Source: Antedon mediterranea (taxonomy: Eukaryota; Animalia; Echinodermata). From it: 64,000 nucleotides of DNA. Both the position numbers and the translations under genes were made by a program. A model generated the notes under the pieces. It did no database searches. It had not been told where the DNA came from and was given only the letters and a program-made list of their open reading frames with translations. Every line of letters begins with the position of its first letter. Position 1 is the stretch's first letter. Shown here one piece after another: positions 44,401 to 56,400 of this stretch. The stretch is from NCBI RefSeq assembly GCF_964355755.1, contig NC_092676.1:14092871-14156870 (forward strand). The letters run 5' to 3'.

Positions 44401-47400
44401 ATATTTACTCTCCCCTGGGAAAAGTAAATATAATGTAGTTGTTTAACTTTACCGAGGTAACGTTGAATTAACAATTTATACTACCCACTAAACGTTTATA
44501 TTAGCGTTATACTTCCCATTGAACGTTCATAGGCTATCCTGCCTCTAATTGTATTTTCAAGATTATTGCTATTTGAGAGTTACTAATGTGTTTGCTATTG
44601 CCAATTGTATACTAGTCTACAGTGTATAACAATAATAAGCCCACTACTAACTCGTATTACTTTCGAGTACTTTATTGTTATTCAAACCTGGGGAGGTTAA
44701 TTTGTTCATGATGATTTCCAAAGCAATCGAGTCACACGCTTATACAAACATTTGTTGTTGTTTAATTTCTCTTCAGCAAAGTACTCATCAAAGCAAATGC
44801 AATAACATTGCTTCAAAATCAACAGTCACTTCACATTGACTATCAACCGTATTGATTAAATTTCTTAAATTTTAATATCCGTTGACATATCAAGACGTAT
44901 CGGACCGACGGAACACGGCCGCCGGTGCCATACCTGCCATACCTGTATGTATACTAGCCTAGCTAGTGCCTAGGTACTGCTGACCACTACCACCACTATT
45001 ATTAAATGTCTTAATCAAAACTATAATCATTATTAATTATTATATTATTTTATAGCATAAATAGTATTAGGCAATTTATTATTCTATCTAGTAGCCTTCT
45101 AACTAAGGCTAGACCTTCGTACACGGTATTTATTAGACAAATAGGACTGCTGTTAATTATTAAGCAAAGTCTTGGTATAACTGATCGGAAGATACCATCA
45201 GTACTTGATAGAGTTGTACAACAAAGTCAACTTACTAGATGCAACTTCATTGGAGCCTGCTTCAACAGAAATTTATAATTTCCAGAAATGTTTTAACTGT
45301 ATATATGAACTGTTTTATAAGTTGTTTTGTGACTGTGCAATTTGGTAATAGTCACTCTCATAATGTACATTTAAAAGTAACACATCCAAATGCCAACTTT
45401 AAAGGCAAGGTGCGGGGAAAAAATTTTTATTGATCATACATTCCAATAATTATCGATCTATAGTTTCCCCTATGTTTCATAATTTTTGGGATTTTATTTG
45501 TGTTACACGAGCTTGTTGAAAATAAGCACTTTCTTATCAGTGGAGGGATAGTTCAAATTACACAATAAAATCTCTAGGCCTATTCTTTTGTACACAAATT
45601 TTGTAAATAGAGAGGCATTTTAAAAAGCTATGAAAACTAAACGGTGTGGTAAAAAATGTTATCAGATGAGTAAATATAGGTAATATAACTTGAATATTAC
45701 ATATCTGGTATTTTTATTCAACTTCAGATTTTTATTTTTATGCTATAGCAAAAATTATCCACCGTATATCCACCATCTTTTTTCACCTTCTAGGGAGTCA
45801 CCAGACATGTTATTACATTAGGTTACCTACCTAACTACTGGAAAAAAGTCTTCCTGGTTTTTATGGAAGAATTTTGTATTTGACCATATTAAGGGAAATT
45901 CATGTTTTTTCATCTTGATTTCTGTTACAAATATTTGATATATGTACAATTAACCATATAGTATATTTAAAATTCATGCCTGTACCTGAGCTTTAAGTCA
46001 ATGGCTACCAGATGTCTCAGTGAGACGGTTATTTGAACCAGTACCACCAGTACCAGGATAATTATCCATTATAAATAATTAATATGCCTATGTAAGCTAT
46101 AACAATCTAATTTGATGTTCACGTACAAAAAATACTTCAATCTTAAAAGCGTTTAAAGGTATTAAATAGTAGAGGTTTTTGTATCGCGTGTTAAATCTCT
46201 ACTGCGCCAAGTTCAATCTAGCCCAAAGATACACTATCTTTGATTTAGCTAAACGCTGATTGGTCAGAGTAAAAAAAAATTGTACGATCTGAACGCCTCT
46301 ATTCTTCAACACTTAACCCATTTTACATGATTTTTTCGGGGTAAGTGTGAACGTAGCTTAAAGATGTATTGTCCCTCTGACTAATTCCAAAAAAAAATTT
46401 AAAAAAAGATTTCGAAAAAAGTGGGCTATTAACTTTCACCAAAAATTAGTCAAAGTTTTCGATCAAAACATATCTCATAATGCAACGCACTTGTTTTGCT
46501 ACTCTGTATACATAATCATAAAACTTCCTCGCGATCTGTATGAAAACACCTTCTCAACCGTGACGATTTGTAAACAATCTTAATTAGCATCATGCATAAT
46601 GCATACGCGTGGTTTGAAATCTTTGTTTACTTTCGCTCGTAACAATTTTCCGGACGTAATGTAATCAAATTAATTTACCTGTTAATTACGTAAACTTGTT
46701 GTTTTTGGCTCGAATGTTCTACTTAAAGTGAATAACTTTAATATTACTTTGATATGGCCAATTTAAATTTAGAATATTTTGACCTTCATTTTTTGTGTTT
46801 CAAGGAACAATACATCTCTAATATAACCAGGATACACCACACATAAAATAAAACATTTAGAATAGTGTTTTTTCAAAAGACTAGATTAAGATTAATCATT
46901 AATTAATCTTACTTGAAGCCAATGGCCTGGTTCAGTATCATTTGCCATCCATCCTGTTGGGTCATTAAGCCTCGCATTCTCTGGTTGATGGTCTTCGTCG
47001 TAGCTACTGGAAGCACTTAGTTGACTATCCAATACAATTCCCGTTTCTACTCCTACTGGTAGTGGACATTCATCTTAATAAATGAATAAAATAATAACTA
47101 GATACGTGAATAGAGACAAAGCTTCTAAAGAATTCATTCATCTAGCCTAATTGCTTATTTGACATTCATATTTTTTTCTCCAGGCTCTGTTAATTGCATT
47201 GCACTGTTTATTGGTTCATAACTTGATTATCTTATTGATTTCCCCAACCTAAGATTCTTGGTAACATGTAACAAATGAGGTTCGTCATAATGACTTGCAT
47301 CAATTTTTTTCGGAGTTTGTTAAATGATAATAAGTAATATAATGTTTTCATCAAAAAAAGATTAAAAACGTAGTTTACTTACTGTAACACGGCTTGCTTA

Positions 47401-50400
47401 TACAAAATTAACGTTGTTATATTATTGTGCTATATGTGTAACTATCATTTAACTACCGGGTATTATTTGTTATCTTTCATTACTACTATTAATTTGTTTT
47501 AATTTGTGACTCAAATAATCAAAATTAATGAGATTGTTCCTAGGGCACTGGGAACTGAACGCGTGCCGTATTGTACTTATCCATTAGGGACTTTAATAGA
47601 TACAAATTATCAATAATCTGTTTCAGATTTTAAAAGATCAATGTAACAAATGCTTGAAAAATGGGGTCAACAGGGGCTTACATTAACCGTATGTGGGAAT
47701 CATTTGTGAACACGCAAAATCAAAATCAAAATCAAATATCAGATAAAGGCTTAAAGATAACCAATAAAGATAAATCACATGATAATGCAACCCCAAACTC
47801 GGAAGTGGATATTGATAAAGTGTTTAGCACACAGGATACTGCAGATGACAGCATTGGAAGTGAATCTGACGAAAAGTACATGTAAAAGAAAAATATATAG
47901 TAATTTTAGATTGTAAGGCTGATAGAACATTAGCGAATCAAGTGAAAAAATGAATAGGAAGAAACTAACAGATGTTTTTGTTTCTTCCACTCGAAATTCA
48001 AAAAGTAACAATGACAAGAAAAGGCCGGGGGCTCCAATGAATGAGCAGGGTGAAAATAGAACTGTTAAAGGTTTAAAGAAAACATCACCGGAAAATCCAC
48101 CACAGAAAACAAACAAAAATCAACCTGAAGGAAAAGGGTATTACAAAATTATCAGAACCGCTGTATCACACTGTGCAATATGACTTATATTTATTATTAT
48201 TATTATAATTTATTACTTATAATCTGTAAAGGTATAAAGAAAGGAAAAGTAGTTTTTTATATTTAATAATCATATGACATCAATCATACACCTTTAATCG
48301 TTAAATGTTAGAGGATTTAGGAAAAACAAAAACAAAGCTGATATCATCTTCATTCAAGAATAACATTTGACAAAATAATGATACAGCCCAGTCACTTGAT
48401 GATTTATGAATTTGAATAAATTTGGATAAAGTCATAGCATAAGAACTGGAAAGTGATGACTGGGTGGACAGGGATAAAAGAAATACAACAAAGGAAACCG
48501 AGTGGTGAATGGTGAGTGGAGACCGAATAAGAGTAGAAAACAATTTTGGAATAGAACTAAAAACAGCTTAAATGGTGGTTAATATTGAAACTTAAGAGCC
48601 ATTGTCTGTAAAAATCAAAGATTTGGTGGCAGATGTAAAAAAATGGATTTCTCTCAAATTTTTACCATGAATAGACATTTCAATAAAAAGCATATCTACA
48701 ACATTCATTTTAATTTTTAGCCTCCGTTGTCATGACAACGGTCAATTATCCAAATTTTGATGTTTTTGCCATTTTTCACAGATTTTCTATAGTGAAAAAG
48801 TACAAACTTGTATACTTATTTTAACCAAAAATACTTACAGTATACAGTTTTTGTTTATAGCAGTGTAAACAACATGTATTGAGTTCCATTTAATGTAGAA
48901 AAAAAATAAATTACAAAATGTAGTTTGGTTGATACCATTATTTTAAAAAGGGGTGTTTTTAAAAAATATTTTTTTTATAAAAGTATACCTCATAAACGTA
49001 CCTATAACTTCCAAAGTGGTGTTTTTAAATCAATGAGGTTTTTTAATTTGATAGTCAATATGTTTTTCAACAATAATCACGAAAAAAACACTGGGGTAAA
49101 TTTCGTACATAGGTTTTGTGTTGCCAGGAAAATACGAAAAATATAAAAAATATAACAAAATATCAACAAACAAAACACATGAAACACAATTTAAATATGG
49201 CTAATCCAATAATAAAATGTATATGTGGCTTGTCATAATGCTACTAGAGTCATACGAATAGTTTAGATAAAATAGGAGAATGTGTTGCCAGGTTTATTTC
49301 AATTAATTGCCAGAAAAACAGTATTTTGCATTGAAATATTTAGTTGATGGAAAATAATGTTAAACTTGGAAATAATTGCGTCAATGGTTTTTATAAATTT
49401 TTAAATCTATTTTGTGTAAAGAGATACAGAAAGACCTCCCAAAAAATCTGACCTTGTAAATAGGTCATTTGAGGTCAAAAGGGGTCAGAATGCAAAACAG
49501 GACAGGTCCTCACTTTACTACAACTATTGTTTGATCAAAATTTACAAGATAGTTCATAACAATTCTCAACAATTTTCATATTTTACCTATAGTGTTACCT
49601 TAGCAAGCATTTCTATGTGTAACTAAGGAAAGTAATTTTTTTTAAACGTAAAAAAGGGCGTTTTTATAAATACAAAGAATTGATTGCATTTGTAATTTTT
49701 CTCAATTTTACTTCTACTGCATTCTATTAATGACAAACTTGACCTTGTAAATTCATTCATTTTGAGGTCAACATTTTACCATAGTAACTGTTTCTATGCG
49801 AAAATTTCAAAAAAATAAGGGGTTTTTCATAAATACAAACATTTTTTCTACATAGTTTTACATTTCTACTTTTTGCCAAATTTACTTTAAATACTGAATC
49901 CTAATAATCTCAGAAAGAAAGTCTTGACGAATCTGAATAAAGGTAAAAAAAATGACCTTTAGTGTTATCTTAAACCTGTTTACGTTACAAATGATATTTA
50001 AAAAAAAAAAATTAAATATGGAGTTTCATGAAAAAAAAAATATTTTACATATTGAGGTCAAATGACCTATATGCCTAGTGTATTGTAGCAACTGTTTCTA
50101 TACGTAACTAAGTACAATATTTTTAATATGGGGTTTCATGACTACAAACAATAGATTACATAGCTTTACTACCTTTTCCCAAATTTACTTATCTACTGAA
50201 TCCCAGAAAATGTCTGACCTTGTGAAAGGGTCATTTGTTGGGTCAAGTTATGTCAAAATGTATTATTTATGTTATCTTAGAACCTGTTTCTATGCATAAC
50301 TAAGGATAATTGTTTTTTTAAATACAGTTGAACCTTCCGTAAGTGGCCACCCTCGGGACCTGGAAAAGTGGCCGCTTACGGGCGGTGACCCCTTACGGGA

Positions 50401-53400
50401 GCCAAAATCACTTATTATGGCTATATACGATATTCTTAACGAAACGAGCCTCTCAATTTTCCAGCTAATTGTAGGCCTATTATTATTAATAATCAGGTGG
50501 TTTAGTATTTTTTAGCATTTTCAGACAAATTTTAAAAACTTTTATCATATGAAAAATGGTCGGTCAAAATCTGTGTAGTTTTCTCATCTCTTCACAGTAA
50601 TGTTTTTAAAACCTCTTCAAAATAAAGCTAATATATAAAGAAATACAATAAACATGCACCTCTAATTCATAGGTCCATGCAATAAGTATCAAATTTTTCG
50701 ATTGGCCGCTTACAAAAAATCTCATTTTTAGTATAAAAAGGTGCCTGCAGCTGCTTACGGTAAGCACCAAATGCACTAATTAGATAGGAAGAACAAACAG
50801 GCTTTTCAAAGTGCGTCCGTTAAGGAAGGTGGCCGCTGTAAATAAAATACGGGGTTTTCATGAATAAAAATAATCACAGAAGAAAGTGCTTACGAATATG
50901 ACCTTGTGAAACGGTAATTTGAAAATGCAAATAAGGCATGACTGCTAATAATCTACAAATTTAAATTTGTATGAGATAAATATGCAAAATCTAAAGAATA
51001 TCTCATTTTTAGTTACCATAGTAACTGTTGCTATGCATAACTAAGGGAAATTAAATAATTATCAGATAATTATTAATTAATAATTAATACTGAATCCAAC
51101 CATCACAGTAAAAAAAATATAGAATTTAAAACCAATATTTAATAATAAAGTGTGATATTTTACATGCTGACCTTAAATGAAATGAAATTTCAAATAAGGG
51201 CTTCAATATTTGTTATGTAGCATTAACATACCTGAGTATATCATTGACTTTTGATTGGTTCTATTTTGGGGAGGGGAAAGTGGTGGACCCAGGACTTTTA
51301 AATAGTTAAAGGTTGAAGGCGAGGGTCTAAAAACTTAACTTTATGTCCTATCTTTTGCATTGCAATTTTTAACTTGGGGTGGGTGGGGGCTTGGAGAAAG
51401 GGGGAGGGGGTGGGATGGAGGAGTTTGAATCCGTCTATTTATTGGGGCGATAGTAGCGGCAGTGTGGGTGGTGCTTGAATGCATGCATTTGACACTCTAT
51501 AGTGGATGATCGACCAAAGTGTTGCAGTTTTATGGTTATAGTCGGGGTGGGGGGGGGGGGGTGATAGTCGAAAGTGGTGGTGGATGGGCATGTGGGATCT
51601 GCTTAGGTTAGCAAATAAAAGAAGTAAACAAATGAAAGAGGAGCTTCAAAATAAGAGAGGAGTAATCTGTTTCAAAGATTAAAATTCACAACGATCTGAT
51701 AATTTATTCAAATTTCCAGAGGATATAACCTATACAATAACATTAAAACTTGGAACTACAGAATCTATAATTAAAAATTAATTTTCTTTCTCACAACACA
51801 ACTAGAACTATATAAAACATTAAGAATTTTTCTGACCAATGAGTTTCAAATCAAATAATCAAAGAAAATAAAATGTTTTTACTAATATACCATGTTTTTT
51901 TTTTTAATGCCTATGTTTCTCGCAACACTGCTTGTAGATTTTAAATTTACCCCAGTATTTTATTTTAGAAATCAATTATTAAACATTAGAACTACCTATT
52001 TGTAATAAATCAGCTAAAGAAATACACCACTTTGGGCGTTATGGTGAAGTAAAGTTTAGTTGCATTGAACAATTTTAAAAAAGTGAAAAACACCCCTTTT
52101 TAAAATAAATGGTATCTCCCAAAGTATGAAATAAAAAAAAATAAAAAAATTTGTAACAGGTACACAATGCATTTTTATTATGCATACACTAATTATTTTT
52201 TATAATTAAATGAACAAAACAAAAATATTGTTCATCAAAGTAGTACCAATATCCATTTTAAAAAACCTTAAAAAAGGACAAAATTTGTCAAAAACACAAA
52301 TTTGGCCGTTGCCATGGAAATATACGTGTGAAATAAAAAATACTTCATATTTGATTTCTCTCAACACATATATAGCCATGTGCAAAATTTGAAAGAAATC
52401 CATTTTTTTTAGTCTGCCACTCTTTTTGATATTTCTTTGATTCTTACAGACAATGGCTCTTAAATGTTGGTAGTCAATAGAATAATTTTACCGATCTGGG
52501 AGTATGTTCCTAATGTTAAGTCCAAAAGGTTTGTGGTTTTAAGTAGTAATTCCAAGTGTTTTTGTTTTTTTTTGTCTTTGGGAGTTTTGTCATCGTGGTC
52601 TATTGCAATAAATCTGAAATTTGCAATCGAGTGACCAGCTGAATTAAAATGTTCGGCTACAGGTTGATCAAGCTTTAATGTTTTGATAGCTGATCTGCGT
52701 TGTGTCATTCTTAGGCCAAAAAAAAAATAGTTTGTTTGCTGTCATCCGCCGCCCCTAATTTCGCCAAAAATTTGGGGCGGAAATAAGAAAAAGTTGTTTT
52801 TTTACGTTGAGGGCGCTTTAAAAAAAAAAGTTTTTTTAATGATTTTTTTTTGGCCGAAAAGGTGTAAAAATCGAGTGTGCGAGGATGAAACAATAAAAAT
52901 AATAACGTAGCGTATATTTCGGTGTATAATCGCACTTTTGACACGCAAATTTAACCTCTAAATTAAGGGTGCGTCTTATACACCGAACATAAATGCCTCA
53001 ACACAGATATCGCCACCTCGTTGGCTAGTCCTGGGCTTTTTAAGGTAAGGCCTAGGGCCTAGGCCTATTAGTATTACTAAAGTCTAAAGAGTAGGCCTAG
53101 CCTAGCTACAGTGTACTAGCGTAACAGCAACCTGCTAGTTTTCATGGCATTTTAGCGTGATTTTTTTAGGCGCTCCGATAAAATTTCATTTGAAAACGAC
53201 GTTTACGATTGGAATAGTATTATAGTTATACGCACGACCGTCGTACCCCCAGCGCGAGCGAGCCCTTCTTGGCAACCACATTGTGTAGACAGTATTCGAC
53301 TAGTATATTCTCCAGTTGATTATATAGCATAGACCTAGCGTACACACTTCTAGGATACATAGATACTAATCGAATACGATTGTCCGTGAAAACGTGCGCC

Positions 53401-56400
53401 TCTCGATAAAAGGATCGAGCGAGGCTAGCCCACACACACGTGCGGTCATGCACTCGATTTTGCGGGTGCGAAACTCATTCATAACAAGTTAGAAAGAACT
53501 GACGGAATGGGGGACGATCCCTTCTTGTTGAGGCTGGGCGCGGCCGTCTTATACATCGACCATGGAGGTATAATCGACGATATACAAAATACCGATATTT
53601 TACTCTCAGTTAGGGGTCGGGTGCGTCTTATTATACACAGGTGCGACTTATACACCGAAATATACGGTACACTAACTTCTAAAAATTAAAATATTTAATT
53701 AGGCCTAGCCTGCTAACAACGACCTACTGTGTAGTAGTAGGCCTAGCCTAGGCTAGTTTAGACACGGGGCCTAACGCGCCCAAAACAGAATTAAAGTGTG
53801 AAACAAATTATGAATAGATGTTTGAGCTCGTTGTTTTATTCGGTGTGTTTTGTTACTCTCAAATTCGCGAGCAATTAACAGAGAAATTAACATTAAAAAA
53901 AAAAAAAAAAAAAAAAACACTTTTTTCCACCCCCTACCAAAAAAAAAACTTGACAGCAAACAAACAATTTTTTTTTAGGCCTTATACGAAGAGTGTTTTG
54001 TTTCCCCGACGTACTGTTTACCACAGATATTACAGTATATGGGATAAATGACGTTTTTGGTTAGACAATTAATTGATTGTCTTATCCGGAAAATGCGGCC
54101 AGCTGGTTACTCTTCAATTTTTCAGTAGAATCAACCAATGAACAAGTTTTGCAAGATTTGCCGCAAAGGTGACTGTCCAAGTTTTGGCTGTCATGATAAT
54201 TTCAGTCTTAAATTTGGATATGACTAATATATCACGAAGGTTGGAAGGTCTACGAAATGCAATAATGGGTGGTTGCGGAAAAACAGTCCTGAGGCGTTCT
54301 GTGGACTGTAGAATGGGCATATGTTAACATTAATACGTGTATTTGATTAGTTTTTATACCTGGATATAATCGGTTCCTGTCTTCGTAGGCATCACATACT
54401 GTAATAAATAATAATTTGTTTTAATGTTATTGTCTTGATATTTGATTGGGTTATTACGTATCACTTCTCGTTCAGTCAGAGTTCTACTAAACGAAAAGCG
54501 ATATCTAATGATAATGAACGATACTAACGCATATTTAGGACTTTAAATTTTCACGTCAACTATGTCGACTGCTACCCTATTACGTAATTTTATAATATGC
54601 GCATGAGCTAGGAGCCTGGCACGTCGACTTGCAAATTTGAGCACTTGAGCACAGTGGCATTTTGGCATTCGCTCTCTGATTACGAGTGGATGTATGCCGT
54701 CTTGACACTGCAAAAGTATACCAAAAACATGGCAGAGAATAATATCACAATGATTCTGAGAATGTAGTAAAAAGGGAATTTCAGTAAACAGGTTATGGCC
54801 TGGGTCTTATCACTAGGACGCCGTTCAGAAAATTAAGGATCTCGGCGAGGCGTAAGCTGCACACTTAGCCAGGCCTAAGCATGTGTACCTCCATTAGCCC
54901 AGCGCGGTTGGAATAGTTCCACGGACGAGCGCTACTTGAGATTGCAAGGTCAGATGATCCTAGGGTCACTGGCACGTCAACGAAAGTGTCCACTTAATCT
55001 AAACGTTAATATATCGACGAGTAACAGTCGACTACGATACATGTTGGAATTCGTTCACGTTCACTCAAATCTAAAGGCTGGTTTCCTGTCGACGTAAAGT
55101 CCCTGATATAAAACCTGTATTGCGCGCTGTATTCTATTCCGTAAAAAAAATTGAAGCTCTGTAATGTTTTAGGCCCAGCTTCCCGAATGCAGTGGGTAAC
55201 AAAATAAAAGGTTACTTTAGAACATTGGGCGTGTTATTTAATTTACCCGTTCTTACACACGATTTCTTGTATATATCTATTGATCTAACCTGTTTTAAAA
55301 TACTGATACTGGTCATCGCCAATTCTTGATGTCAATTCATTATATCATTCATATCAAAAACTAATTTGAATAGAGCCTACCACGTTTACAGTTGTGATCT
55401 CTCAACATAGATATAACACACAATCTTGAAAATTTCGCCTAAAAAACGATATAGCCTCTAGGACATTATATATAGGTGAAGAAAGACTTACTTGTATCTA
55501 TTCGTGTGAAGAGATCAATTATAGGGTAGTGTCTTGGTGAATGCTGCATCCCAGTGGTAAACAGACTTTCGTTTGATAGGATACATTTCTTGTCATCCCA
55601 TGGTCTGATGGAGCGGTATTCAAATGAACGGCATACAAATGAACTTATTTCTAAACACTTTTCGGCACATTTTTGTTCGGTCATATACGCATCCTGTATG
55701 AATACATTGTTTAGATTGCGCATGTATGCCTGGGTATGCCGTATGAACTGGGAAAGAGCTGTCGACGAACCTATAATTTAAATAACAGTATAATAAATTA
55801 CTGAAGTCTCCATGACCAGGAACGTTTGAGGTTGGTTTTAATATTAGGTGACATTGAAGTTAGATAAGACTTAATTTTCATTAAAGTTTCTTGTGAAAAT
55901 GCTGCTTGTCTTTAAAAGCAGTTACTAATTCTCTATCAAACCAGGGTGGTCTTTTCGTTTTAACTTTCACAACTGGAACAAGGTCTCTAATAGTAGCATA
56001 ATTATACAATATCGTAAAATATATCGAGCTTATCGTTAACATTGTTATTAAAATCAAATATTACTTCCCAAGGGACCCTTTTAAATGTTTTGTTAAATTA
56101 AAAGTTTGCTTTTTATAATTAAATTGATATTTAGTTAAATTATTAACAAAAGCAATGTTATCGTCAAACTTTGTCAGAATCAAAAACATTTTGACCAGTT
56201 TTTATCTCGTATACCAAATCGTTGTTGTTACTCAAGACTAAGTCCATAATGTTATTGTTACAAGTGTTATTTAGGTTGCATTGTGTGAGGTTAAGTTCAT
56301 CGAGAACAGAGTCCGTAAATAGTTCAGATATGGAGTTAGCTGGTCCGTGGTATGTACCATTAGGAAGCCAGAGTATGGATAACTCCGCATGGATGACTCC

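Larger units (their letters stand above)
48420..54325 (-). mobile_element. Penelope-like retroelement 3' portion (GIY-YIG endonuclease plus 3' UTR), interrupted by nested insertions
   Basis: [17 protein letters not shown]; [20 protein letters not shown]; TLRIRMTQRR...[13 protein letters not shown]. Confidence 0.85.
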
